Positions 9,421 to 19,962 are shown, counted from the first letter of the stretch. The stretch is DNA of 64,000 nt from an uncultured Ignavibacteria bacterium (GCA_963721075.1 CAVRHV010000008.1:8057-72056); one strand, 5' to 3'. Notes: generated by a model from the sequence alone, not told the origin. Made by a program: numbers and translations.

Positions 9421-10756
9421 AAAGAAGGAAGATATGAGCAGAATAGAACTGAAAGAAAATACTACTGAGAATATCATAAGTTATGTTGACAATTTTTCAA
9501 CCGATTTGAATAACTATAATGATCTCGATCCTTTGCTGGAAAGAGTGGGCAGTGCACACTATGTTCTGATGGGAGAGGCCTCACACGGAACTCATGAATA
9601 CTATACCTGGAGAACAAAAATTTCAAAAAGACTTATAAATGAGAAAGGCTTCAACTTTATAGCTGTTGAAGGGGACTGGCCCGACTGTTACAGAATGAAC
9701 CGCTATATAAAGAACTATGAAAATTCTGAAAATAATGCTTCTGAGCTTCTATATCACTTTGAAAGATGGCCTTCATGGATGTGGGCGAACTGGGAAATAG
9801 TTGCACTTCTTGAATGGCTGAAAAATTTTAACTCGGGCCGCCAGAAGAAAGTCGGTTTTTACGGACTGGATGTTTACAGTCTTTGGGAATCAATGCAGGT
9901 AATAATTAAATACCTTGAGGATAGCTATCCTCAAGCTGCCGCTTTGGCAAAAGATGCTTACAAATGTTTTGAACCTTATGGTGAGAATGTTGAAAACTAT
10001 GCTATCAAATCACGACTTGTTCCTGAAAGCTGTGAACAGGAGGTCGTTAAATTGCTTACAGATATCAGAAGAAAAATAAAATCATTTGATTCAGACCCTG
10101 AAGGAGCTCTTAACGCAGAGCAAAATGCTTCTGTATTGGTTAATGCTGAAAAGTACTATCGTGCAATGGTAAGCAGCGGACCGGATTCATGGAATATTCG
10201 CGACAACCATATGGCTGACACTCTCGATCGTCTTAAGGATTACTATGGTAAAAATTCAAAATGTATTATCTGGGCACACAATACGCATATCGGTGATGCG
10301 CGTGCTACAGATATGGCCAAGGCAGGAATGAAAAACCTGGGACAGATAGTTCGTGAAAGACACGGTGATGATGACACTGTTCTAATAGGATTCGGCTCTT
10401 ACCAGGGTAATGTTATCGCAGGAGAAGAATGGGGATCGCCTATGGAGGTTATGGATGTCCCTATAGCAAAACAGAACAGTTGGGAAGATATCTTTCATAA
10501 ATCAGGCGATAAAAACAGGCTGCTTATAACTGATGAACTTGAGGATAAAGAAGAAATGTACAGGATACGAGAGCAGAGAGCTATCGGAGTTGTTTATAAC
10601 CCTTCTCGTGAACGTAATGGAAATTATTTGCCCACAGTTTTGCCTGACAGGTATGATGCATTTATCTATCTCGATGAGACTAATGCACTTCACCCGCTGG
10701 AAGAAACTCCGGGTGAAACACTGCACACACCTGATACATATCCATGGGGAATATAA
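9407..10756 (+). CDS. erythromycin esterase family protein (start could be the downstream Met at 9434)
   Basis: N-terminal 'YVLMGEASHGTHEYYTWRTKISKRLINEKGFNFIAVEGDWPD' is typical of the erythromycin-esterase fold family. Overlaps the upstream gene by 14 nt. Confidence 0.8.
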   Translation: MLKLKKKEDMSRIELKENTTENIISYVDNFSTDLNNYNDLDPLLERVGSAHYVLMGEASHGTHEYYTWRTKISKRLINEKGFNFIAVEGDWPDCYRMNRYIKNYENSENNASELLYHFERWPSWMWANWEIVALLEWLKNFNSGRQKKVGFYGLDVYSLWESMQVIIKYLEDSYPQAAALAKDAYKCFEPYGENVENYAIKSRLVPESCEQEVVKLLTDIRRKIKSFDSDPEGALNAEQNASVLVNAEKYYRAMVSSGPDSWNIRDNHMADTLDRLKDYYGKNSKCIIWAHNTHIGDARATDMAKAGMKNLGQIVRERHGDDDTVLIGFGSYQGNVIAGEEWGSPMEVMDVPIAKQNSWEDIFHKSGDKNRLLITDELEDKEEMYRIREQRAIGVVYNPSRERNGNYLPTVLPDRYDAFIYLDETNALHPLEETPGETLHTPDTYPWGI

Positions 10757-10783
10757 ATTATTGCAAATATTCAGGAGGTTAAA

Positions 10784-11065
10784 ATGCTGGCATTTCAGGA
10801 TGAAGAAATAATGAAGGGAGAAAAAAGGATTGCAGAATGGAGATCAAAAATTGTCAGACTCCAGGGCAGGCTTAATAATGCTTCAGATAATATTTCTGAT
10901 CAATTCGTGGATATGCTGCTGAAACTGGATGAAATGAAAATTAAGGTTGAGGAATTAAAGAATCCGGGCAGCACCAACTTTGAAACAATAAGAGATGAGA
11001 TAAATGAAATTGACGGTCACATAGGAAGGGAATATGACAGAATACAAAGAAAATTATATTCATAA
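10784..11065 (+). CDS. hypothetical small coiled-coil protein
   Basis: ORF only, with a charged heptad-like sequence. Sits directly upstream of ppsA. Confidence 0.4.
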   Translation: MLAFQDEEIMKGEKRIAEWRSKIVRLQGRLNNASDNISDQFVDMLLKLDEMKIKVEELKNPGSTNFETIRDEINEIDGHIGREYDRIQRKLYS

Positions 11066-11079
11066 TGGAATTATAAAAT

Positions 11080-13494
11080 ATGGAAGATAGCAGGAAGTTT
11101 ATTCGCTGGCTCGGCAGCCTTAATAAAGATGATGTAAAAGTAGTTGGTGGTAAGAATGCCTCCCTTGGTGAAATGATATCCTCGCTTAAGCATGAAGGTA
11201 TTAAAGTACCCGATGGTTTTGCTACCACTGCAGATGCATACCGCGAATTTCTCAGGCAGAATGAAATGGAAGAAGAAATCAGAGATCTCCTTGAAAAACT
11301 TAGAGGCGATAACTCCAATCTGGCACATACAGGCAGGGAGATCAGGAAATTATTTCAGAAGAATGAGTTCCCTGGTGAGATAAGACAGACCCTATCTAAA
11401 GCATACAGGGATTTGAGTGATTTGTATGAAACTAAAAATGTTGATGTTGCTGTACGAAGCAGCGCTACAGCGGAAGACCTCCCGGATGCAAGCTTTGCTG
11501 GTCAGCAGGAAACTTATCTGAATATTTCAGGGGAGGATGACTTGTTTGAAGCCTGTCGGAATTGCTATGCTTCATTGTTCACTAACAGGGCTATCAGCTA
11601 CAGGAATGAAAAGGGATTTGATCATATGAAGATAGCTCTATCTGTGGGAATTCAGAAAATGGTCAGATCTGATAAAGCAGGTTCGGGGGTAATGTTCACA
11701 CTTGATACCGAAACCGGATTCAGGGATGTGGTGGTAATAAACGCTGCCTGGGGTCTGGGAGAAAATGTTGTTCAGGGCGCTGTTAATCCTGATGAATACC
11801 AGGTATACAAAAAACTTCTTGAGAATAAGGATGCTGTTCCGATTATAGAAAAAAAGCTCGGCGATAAAGAAAAAAAGATGATCTATTCAAGGGGTGATTC
11901 TGGAAACACTAAAAATGTAGAAACTTCAAAGAAGGAACAAAGAAGTTTTGTACTTACGGATGAGGAAATTATTAAACTCGCCAGATGGGCTTCTGTTATT
12001 GAGAAGCATTACAAAACTCCTATGGATATAGAATGGGCTAAAGACAGCAAAATGAAAGAATTATTTATCGTCCAGGCCCGGCCTGAAACAGTGCAGTCGC
12101 AGAAAACATCACAATCTATGAAAGCCTACAAGCTGAATGAGAGAAAAGAACCTATTATTAAAGGCCGCAGCATCGGGGATGCAATTGCCGCAGGAAAGGT
12201 TCTCGTATTAGAAAGCGCCGATGAGATAGATCGTTTTGAGGATGATGCTATACTCGTAACCGGAATGACTGATCCGGACTGGGTGCCGGTGATGAAAAGA
12301 GCCTCGGGTATTATAACCGACTATGGGGGAAGAACTTCACACGCCGCTATTGTCAGTCGCGAACTAGGTATCCCGGCTATCGTTGGTACAGGCGAAGCAA
12401 CTGAAACACTTAAAGATGATCAGCAGGTTACAATGTCATGTGCTGAAGGTGAGAACGGTTTTGTATATGATGGAATATTAGACTTCGAAGTAGAAGATAT
12501 TGAGCTGGGAGAAATACCTGAAACCAAAACCCGTATTCAGATGAATATTGCAAGTCCTTCCGCTTCCTTCAGATGGTGGAGACTTCCTAATGAAGGGATA
12601 GGACTGGCCAGGATGGAGTTTATCATAAATAATATAATAAAGATTCACCCGATGGCACTTGTTCATTACGATGAACTTGAAGATAAAGATGCTAAGAAAA
12701 CGATACGGGAACTTACTAAAGGATTTGAGAATAAGGAAGACTACTTCATCGAGCATCTTTCCAGAGGGATCGCTAAGATAGCTGCGCCTCAGTACCCTCA
12801 TGATGTTGTGGTGAGAATGAGCGACTTTAAAACAAATGAATATGCGCAGCTTATCGGTGGAGAACAGTTTGAACCTGATGAGGAGAATCCGATGCTTGGG
12901 TTCAGAGGCGCCTCGAGATATTACAGCGAGAACTACAGCGAGGGATTCGAACTTGAATGCAGGGCTATTAAAAAGGCCAGAGAAGAGATAGGGTTAACAA
13001 ACATCGTTATAATGATCCCTTTCTGCCGTACACTTGATGAAGCCGATAAAGTTCTGGAAGCTCTTGCAGATAACGGACTGGTGAGGGGACAGGACGGTCT
13101 CAAAATCTTTGTAATGGCAGAAGTGCCTTCTAATATAATACTTGCCGATAAATTTGCACGCCGCTTCGACGGATTCTCGATAGGAAGTAATGATCTGACC
13201 CAGCTTACCCTTGGAGTAGACAGGGATTCATCTATTCTTTCGGGATTATTTGACGAAAGGGAGGAAGCTGTAAAACGGATGATCGAAATGCTTATTCAAA
13301 AAGCACATGAAAATAATACCAAGGTTAGTATATGCGGACAGGCTCCCAGCGATTACCCCGAAGTTGTAGACTTTCTTGTTAAGACCGGGATTGATTCAAT
13401 TTCACTGAACCCTGACAGTGTTCTTGATATGAAAAAGCGTGTGGCTGAACTTGAAAATAAAACTGCAGCACGTGAGGAAGAAGTTGTTCAATAA
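11080..13494 (+). CDS. ppsA: phosphoenolpyruvate synthase (pyruvate, water dikinase)
   Basis: Full-length match to PpsA architecture: 'VGGKNASLGEM', phosphohistidine region 'GGRTSHAAIVSRELGIPAIVG', and C-terminal PEP-utilising TIM barrel 'GSNDLTQLTLGVDRD'. Confidence 0.95.
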   Translation: MEDSRKFIRWLGSLNKDDVKVVGGKNASLGEMISSLKHEGIKVPDGFATTADAYREFLRQNEMEEEIRDLLEKLRGDNSNLAHTGREIRKLFQKNEFPGEIRQTLSKAYRDLSDLYETKNVDVAVRSSATAEDLPDASFAGQQETYLNISGEDDLFEACRNCYASLFTNRAISYRNEKGFDHMKIALSVGIQKMVRSDKAGSGVMFTLDTETGFRDVVVINAAWGLGENVVQGAVNPDEYQVYKKLLENKDAVPIIEKKLGDKEKKMIYSRGDSGNTKNVETSKKEQRSFVLTDEEIIKLARWASVIEKHYKTPMDIEWAKDSKMKELFIVQARPETVQSQKTSQSMKAYKLNERKEPIIKGRSIGDAIAAGKVLVLESADEIDRFEDDAILVTGMTDPDWVPVMKRASGIITDYGGRTSHAAIVSRELGIPAIVGTGEATETLKDDQQVTMSCAEGENGFVYDGILDFEVEDIELGEIPETKTRIQMNIASPSASFRWWRLPNEGIGLARMEFIINNIIKIHPMALVHYDELEDKDAKKTIRELTKGFENKEDYFIEHLSRGIAKIAAPQYPHDVVVRMSDFKTNEYAQLIGGEQFEPDEENPMLGFRGASRYYSENYSEGFELECRAIKKAREEIGLTNIVIMIPFCRTLDEADKVLEALADNGLVRGQDGLKIFVMAEVPSNIILADKFARRFDGFSIGSNDLTQLTLGVDRDSSILSGLFDEREEAVKRMIEMLIQKAHENNTKVSICGQAPSDYPEVVDFLVKTGIDSISLNPDSVLDMKKRVAELENKTAAREEEVVQ

Positions 13495-13502
13495 TCAGAG
13501 GC

Positions 13503-14006
13503 TTATTCTCTCTTCTGCCTTTCGTATTCGTCGGAGCCCGGAATCGGTTTATGTTTTATCGTTATAGTGGTATAGAGTATATAGATTACGATAAGGTTAA
13601 TAATGATGAATATTATCGGTAAAATCCCGGGGTGCCTTGCCAGGTCGTAGATCTCATACGGTAGGTAAATCAAAGATGATATCAATCCTATCCATTTGGC
13701 CCAGTTTGCCTGGTGCCATAATCCATAACCCTCTGCAAATCTTAAGGATGAGTATAGTATTGCAAAAGATGCGATTATAATCAGCAGCGAATCCTTTGGG
13801 TTGGTTATAGCTCCATAGATACTGCTGGTGATTTTTCCCTGGGGACTGTAATTGAACTGGCTGACAAAATATTCAAATTTTTCCTGTATTTTGTTATTTA
13901 AAAGACTGAGTACACCAAACCCGGCTATCAAAACCAGTATTCCTTTTGAAAACTCGAATACCGCAATAGTTTTAAGTGATTTCTCAGATTTAAATAAATT
14001 TCTCAA
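13503..14006 (-). CDS. small integral membrane protein (DUF2127-like)
   Basis: Four predicted TM segments. The N-terminal 'LKTIAVFEFSKGILVLIAGFGVLSL' pattern resembles DUF2127 from memory. Confidence 0.65.
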   Translation of the reverse strand: MRNLFKSEKSLKTIAVFEFSKGILVLIAGFGVLSLLNNKIQEKFEYFVSQFNYSPQGKITSSIYGAITNPKDSLLIIIASFAILYSSLRFAEGYGLWHQANWAKWIGLISSLIYLPYEIYDLARHPGILPIIFIIINLIVIYILYTTITIKHKPIPGSDEYERQKRE

Positions 14007-14343
14007 TGGATTTAGCTGCTTATCTAAGTGTTCATCTGAAAGTTAATAAAAAGGGGCAGGAGTTTAAGTGACTGGGTTAGACAGATCCCGGAGCAAGCAA
14101 TAAGAATACTTTCTCCGGGATTGAAAAATTGGGTGAATCGCTGTTAGTGTTATCTATAATTTGCTGAATAACAGAGGTCTGTGAGAACAGAAGGGTCTGA
14201 AAAGAAAATAGAATTGCCTACAAAAAAAGAAACTTCGTTTTCATATAACTCCCCAGAATTATTCAATGAAAAGATCGTGTGTGTGCTAACTTAAGGAAAA
14301 AAATATCCAGATATAAGAATTTATATTTGTTAAGCCCCTGTAT

Positions 14344-15723
14344 TTAATTTTTTAACTCCTCTTCATGGTAGATAATATTATATTTATTTATGAGTCTGTG
14401 GATTGATCTTCTGTCCAGTCCGCATACCTCTGCGGTCTTCGTTATATTTCCATTATTCTTTTTCAGATGGTGAGTGAGGTATTCGACCTCGAATTTTTCT
14501 AATAACTTTTCTTTTGCTTCTTTGTAGGGAGGATTAAGGAATGATCTGTCGGCGTCACTTTCTTCTCTGGATGCTGGTATCGGAAGGTCAGCTCTTTCAA
14601 CTATGCCGTTTGAGCTGAGGAAATATGCACGACCTATCAGATTCTGAACCTCTCTTACATTTCCCGGCCAGTAATAATTTTTTATAGCTGTTTCGGCTTC
14701 TTTGGAAATGACAGGTACGGGTTTATCGTCGCGTAAACAAAGATCGGCCAGGAAGTGTTTTGCCAGCAGGATAACATCATCCCTTCTTTCCCTCAGAGGA
14801 GGTACATCTATCCTTATTGTATTCAGCCTGTAATACAGATCTTCCCTGAATCTTTTTTCGGCGACTTCTTTTTCAAGGTTTTTATTGGTGGCGGCAATGA
14901 TACGTACATCTATCTCAATCTCATTACTTGCCCCTACTCTGCGGATCTTTCTTTCCTCAAGCATCCTGAGGAGTTTTATCTGAAGTGACAAACTCATATC
15001 GCCGATCTCGTCAAAGAAAAATGTACCCTGGTTCGCAAACTCAAGAAGACCTGGTTTGGTCTTTACAGCCCCGGTGAATGCCCCTCTTTCATGGCCGAAC
15101 AACTCACTCTCAAAAAGATGTTCAGGCAGTGCTCCGCAATTTACGGGCACGAAGGGATTCTTATTCCTTTTACTCATTGTATGAATTGCCCTTGCAATTA
15201 GCTCTTTGCCTGTACCGCTTTCGCCTGTTATAAGAACATTCATATTTCCGGGAGCAATCTTTTTTACATAGCCTATTATCTGCTGCATCTTGCTGCTCTT
15301 ATAGAGAAGTCCCGGTATTTCTGTCCTTACATCTTCATCTTTTAAATCATCCGGCTGTGAACCATTTTGCAGCGCACGCTCAACAGAATCGAACAGTTTC
15401 CTTGAAGTAAATGGTTTCTCCAGAAAATCAAATGCACCGTTCCGCATTGCATCAACGCTGGTTTCAATTGTTCCATATCCGGAAATCATTATAATTTTTG
15501 AATCCGGAAAATTATCCAGGGCTGTTTTAAGAATATCCAGACCGGAATACTCTTTCATTTTAAGATCAGTAATTATAAGATTAAAGCTTTCCTTAGCTAC
15601 TTTATCCATTGCTTTATGATAGTCATCAATCAGCTTTATATCATATTCCTGGTTCCTTGAAAGCAGTTTATTGAGACTATTGAGCATTTCCTGTTCATCA
15701 TCAATAATTAATATTTTTTTCAT
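14344..15723 (-). CDS. sigma-54-dependent response regulator (NtrC family: REC + AAA+ + Fis-type HTH)
   Basis: 'ILIIDDE...DLKM' receiver. 'GESGTGKE' Walker A. 'ESELFGHERGAFTGA' GAFTGA sigma-54 contact loop. C-terminal HTH 'GNITKTAEVCGLDRRSIHRLI'. Confidence 0.92.
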   Translation of the reverse strand: MKKILIIDDEQEMLNSLNKLLSRNQEYDIKLIDDYHKAMDKVAKESFNLIITDLKMKEYSGLDILKTALDNFPDSKIIMISGYGTIETSVDAMRNGAFDFLEKPFTSRKLFDSVERALQNGSQPDDLKDEDVRTEIPGLLYKSSKMQQIIGYVKKIAPGNMNVLITGESGTGKELIARAIHTMSKRNKNPFVPVNCGALPEHLFESELFGHERGAFTGAVKTKPGLLEFANQGTFFFDEIGDMSLSLQIKLLRMLEERKIRRVGASNEIEIDVRIIAATNKNLEKEVAEKRFREDLYYRLNTIRIDVPPLRERRDDVILLAKHFLADLCLRDDKPVPVISKEAETAIKNYYWPGNVREVQNLIGRAYFLSSNGIVERADLPIPASREESDADRSFLNPPYKEAKEKLLEKFEVEYLTHHLKKNNGNITKTAEVCGLDRRSIHRLINKYNIIYHEEELKN

Positions 15724-15725
15724 CT

Positions 15726-17181
15726 TTAATTGCTCTTTCCGTTAAACTTAATTCTGAAGGTAGTCCCTTCTCCTTCATTGCTGACAACAGTTATATCAGC
15801 ATTATGATTTTTACAAATATTTTTAACAATGTAAAGACCAAGACCCGAGCCCTTGCCTCCGGTTTTTGTCGTGAAGAAAGGAGAAAAGATCTGATCTTTG
15901 ATGTTCTCCTTTATTCCGCTTCCACTGTCCTTAACTGAAAGTACATATGAAGAATTTTCAGCATTTAGTGAGATAATCAGACTTCCGTCGCCGTCCATTG
16001 CATCCAGAGAGTTTATCACAAGATTTGTAAGCGCCTGTTCAAGCTGAAGAGCATCTCCGGTTATTATTGCTTTTTCAGGCATTATTGACTTTGACAATTT
16101 AATGTTTTTCTTCTTCAGTATCGGGTTAAGAGTAGTAAGAGTATTTTCAACAACCTCAGAAAGATCTACCTCCCCGAAATTCTTCTCAATTTTTTTACTA
16201 TGCTGAAGTACGTTCTTTGTTATTTCGGATATTTTTTCGGTCTGGCTGAGAATAACGTTTATATCATCCGAATAACCCATAATTTTATTATTCTGTTCGG
16301 CTTCAAATGAAAGGTAATCAGCGCGTGACATAATTATCGCGGTGTGGTTATTAATTTCGTGTGCAGTTTCTGAAGTGAGCTCGCCAAGTGTAATTAGTCT
16401 ATCAGCATGCTGAAGCTGTTCAAAGTGGAGCTTATTTATCTCCTCCTGTGAATCACGAAGTCTGTTCACCATAAGGTTAAAGTTACGGTTAACTGTTCCG
16501 AATTCGTCTTCTCTTTCTACCGCCAGATGAGCCGATAAATTACCCTCCCTTTACCTCTCTCATCGCGAATATTAATTTCTGAAGGGGCTGGTTTATAAAC
16601 GACTGGAAAATGAAATAAAAACCGGCAGTGATAATAAGTAATACTGCAATTCCAAGAAAAATCATATGCCGTGTTCCGGTATAGAACTTTGTCTCAGCCG
16701 GGGTAAGATTCGCTCCGACATCCAGATAGGCAATAATATTTGGGGTATGACAGCTTCGGCATTCAGGCTTATTATAAATCGGGGAAAATGCGTGATACTC
16801 ATTATTCTTAAGCAGATTAATCCTGCCGGATGCAAGTGAATCAGGATTGAGACCAGGATGGATACTCCGAAGTCCCATGCCGATATCTTTCCTGGATGAG
16901 GCATATTTTATCGTGCCGTCAGGACTAATTATTCTGATATGGTCTATTCCCTTCCTTTTGCCGAGATCATCAACCATTGACTGAATATTTTTCTGGTTTC
17001 CCTGCATCATTGCGTTATCGAGGGTATAGTTCATAAGGTTCAGAGTTGTCTCCAGCATCATAACTGAGCGCTGATTGAAATTCTCGCGAAATTGTGAGAT
17101 AAGAAAATATCCCGGGATTACAACGCTTAGAATAATTAAAACAAGAGCAAAGAAAATAAATTTGGTCTTTATGGATTTCAT
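15726..17181 (-). pseudogene. sensor histidine kinase (TM - periplasmic domain with CxxCH - TM - HAMP - HisKA - HATPase), interrupted by one frame break in the HAMP region as assembled
   Basis: ORF 16540-17181 ends '...AMREVKGG*'. Skipping one base at about 16542 continues 'NLSAHLAVEREDEFGTVNRNFNLMVNRL' (HAMP) into ORF 15726-16472, which has 'SETAHEINN' (H-box) and 'GSGLGL' (G2 box). The periplasmic segment contains 'CRSCH'. Confidence 0.8.
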
Positions 17182-17502
17182 ATATATCCCCGAAAAAGTG
17201 CCTTCACTCCTTCAATCTGATTCTGGAAAGTAATTAAATATTAAACAAATCTGAGTTAGAATATTATTGAAAAATTATACAGTTACATTCGAATAAACAC
17301 AGTAATGATAAACTATGCCAAAAAATAATAATGCATTTTTATTCGATTTTATAGGGACATTGATGTCACAGTGGGATATTTCTTTCTCAGTAAAGAGAAG
17401 TTATTCGCATATTAAATAATTTGTTTTGGATAAAAATACGGCAAAAACAGCGAAATTCTTAGAATATGGAGGGGGTTGAGGGGTATCAATCTATTGTAGA
17501 AA

Positions 17503-17517
17503 TGGCATACACATTGA
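17503..17517 (+). promoter_or_regulatory. candidate sigma-54 (-24/-12) promoter
   Basis: TGGCAT-N5-TTGA against consensus TGGCAC-N5-TTGC(A/T). Lies in the divergent region next to an NtrC-type activator. It is only about 13 nt from the annotated ATG and the -12 GC is imperfect. Confidence 0.25.
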
Positions 17518-17530
17518 TATTGCGGGGCTG

Positions 17531-17917
17531 ATGAGAATTGTTACAATTAGTAGTGATACCAGTCTGATAGAGTTGATTGACAAACCCGAAGTCAAGGGAA
17601 AGAATCAACTTCTCGTTTACAACAAAAGCAATGACCTGCTTGATGTGGTCTCATTTATCCATACAAATCATCCTTCGATACTGATCGTAGACGATGATTT
17701 TCTTAAACCCGATACAGCTCATCTCCTGCAAAATGTAAAGAAATTAAATCCCGACATGGCTATCGTATTTATTACCTCAGATTCAGGAATTGAACTGGGT
17801 AAGCAAGTAAGCCAGGTAGGAATACACTTTTATGGCCTGAAGCCTTTAAGTGATAATGAATTAGAAGATTCGATTCGTTCGATTACTAAACTAAAAACAA
17901 CCTTAACTCAATATTAA
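17531..17917 (+). CDS. stand-alone receiver-like (CheY-fold) protein with atypical acidic pocket
   Basis: 'SILIVDDDFLKPD', 'VFITSD' and 'YGLKP' align to REC beta3, beta4 and beta5. The N-terminal DD pair is replaced by 'SSD'. Confidence 0.5.
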   Translation: MRIVTISSDTSLIELIDKPEVKGKNQLLVYNKSNDLLDVVSFIHTNHPSILIVDDDFLKPDTAHLLQNVKKLNPDMAIVFITSDSGIELGKQVSQVGIHFYGLKPLSDNELEDSIRSITKLKTTLTQY

Positions 17918-17932
17918 TCTAATGGGAGAAAA

Positions 17933-19928
17933 GTGATGAAAAAGACGTTGATACTGTTTATGATAGCTTTCAGCACAGTATTACTCTATTCACAGTCTGC
18001 CAAAGTTGTGACATACGGAGTAGATCCCCGTCAGGCGGAAGGAGATAGTACAGATATCTTTGAACTTCCTTATAATGGTCTGACAAACGTTGGTGAAAAT
18101 ACCCAGATGTATCTGGAAGCTATTTTAACCGATGCTACTCTTGATAATCCAACCTGGACTGTAGTAGAACAACCAAATGGTTCTAATCCAGTATTCGGAG
18201 CCAGTGTTAACCTGTCTGACGCAGAACAGGTAATAGAATTCAAACCTGACTTATCAGGTACTTATAAAATTGTTTTTTCAGATGGTTCAGTTTCTTCTGA
18301 TCCTCTGGTAATTAAAGTGGGCTTATATCTCGGATACCAGTATTCTTACCCTGTATTACCGAATCATGCCTGCCAGGATTGCCATGCTGACAAAACAGCA
18401 CAGTGGGAACAGACAGGGCACTATTCAATTTTTGAAGAAGGTTTGAACGGTACCTTAAGCAATCATTATGGACCGACCTGTATAAAATGTCATACAACCG
18501 GTTATGATGCTAATGCAGTTAATAATGGTTTTGATGATTTCGGTTTCGTATTCCCCGATACCTTATTCCCTGGACAATTCGATAATATGGTTGCCCAGTA
18601 TCCTGATGCAATGCTTCGCGCACGTATTCAGTGTGAAAGCTGCCACGGACCAGGAAGTATGCACGTAGGTGCTGCTAATGTAATGTCAGTTACTCTCGAC
18701 GTTCAGAACTGTGCTCTCTGCCACGATGAAGGACACCATGTATATCCGGCTCAATGGAGAGCTTCAGATCATGCTATGTTTGCCAAATCCGGCGGCGAAA
18801 CCAGAGCTTCCTGTGCACAATGTCATGATGGTGCAGGATTTGTTGATTATATCAAAGCAGGAAAAACACCTCCTTCGAGCGACTATTCTGAAGTAACTAA
18901 GATTACCTGTGCAGTCTGCCATGATCCTCACAGTGTTGAGAATCCTCATCAGCTGAGAACAATGACTGCTACTTTAACAAATGGTTATGAAATTACCGGA
19001 GCCGGTAATGGTGCTATCTGTATAAACTGCCACAAAGCCCGTCAGAATGCCGTAGATTATACAAACAATTATCTTAAGTAACTTAAGCACACACTATGGA
19101 CCTCATCATGGTCCCCAGGGTGATTTATTAGTAGGTAAAAATGCTATAACATTCGGTCAGAACATTGAAAGTTCACCGCACTTAGCAGCTACTACCGATG
19201 CATGCGTTAGATGCCATATGTATCCGGCAAGTTCTGATGCAAATGGAAATGTAATCCTGGTAGGTTCACACTCATTCAATATGTCATATGATGGCGTAGA
19301 TAATGTCGCTGCATGCACAGACTGCCACGGTGACTTTGGTCCTAACTTCTCAGATAAGCTTTGCTATATAAACGGTACAGCAGATCTTGACGGCGATGGA
19401 GTTGCTAATGGTCTTCAGATAGAAATTGAAGGCCTGCTTGAACAGCTTCATGATTTACTGCCTCAGGATGGTAATGGTAACGTAGTTATTAACGATTCTT
19501 CTGTAACATTAGCCGAGGCTCAGGCTGCTTATAACTACTTTATGGTAGAAGATGACGGAAGTATGGGCGTACACAATCCAAGATATATATTCGGAATTCT
19601 CAAGGCTTCTATCGAAGCTTTAGGCGGAACAGTAGCTGTTGATTATGCTAAGAGCGATATGCCTGAAGATTTCGTATTGTCACAGAACTATCCTAATCCG
19701 TTCAACCCAACAACTACTATTCAGTATCAGATACCCGAAGGTTCTAATGTAAAAGTAGTTGTTTATGACGCTCTTGGAAAACAGGTAGCCGTTCTGGTTA
19801 ATGAATACCAGGGTGCCGGTTCTTATAAAACAAACTTCAATGCATCTAATCTTGCATCCGGAATCTATTTCTGCAGAATGGAAGCAGGAAGCTTTGTTAA
19901 AGTTAACAAGATGCTTTTACTCAAGTAA
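17933..19928 (+). pseudogene. nine-heme c-type cytochrome with T9SS C-terminal sorting domain (paralogue A). One extra base at about 19076-19079 creates an in-frame TAA
   Basis: Colinear with the intact paralogue at 20117-22087. Has 9 CxxCH (CQDCH, CIKCH, CESCH, CALCH, CAQCH, CAVCH, CINCH, CVRCH, CTDCH). Removing one base restores '...YLNNLSTHYGPHHGPQGD', matching the paralogue's 'YLNNLSTHYGPHHGPQAD'. Tail 'NYPNPFNPTTTIQY'. The likely start is ATG 17936 after GGGAGA. Confidence 0.8.
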
Positions 19929-19962
19929 TATAACTTGAAAATACCTCTGAACTAAGCATACT

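Noticed and set aside
14085-14121. 9-bp perfect inverted repeat ATCCCGGAG...CTCCGGGAT, downstream of the NtrC-type gene, as an intrinsic terminator.
   Set aside because: The loop is 19 nt and there is no U-tract on either strand. It may be a protein site or a coincidence. The evidence is insufficient to call a feature.
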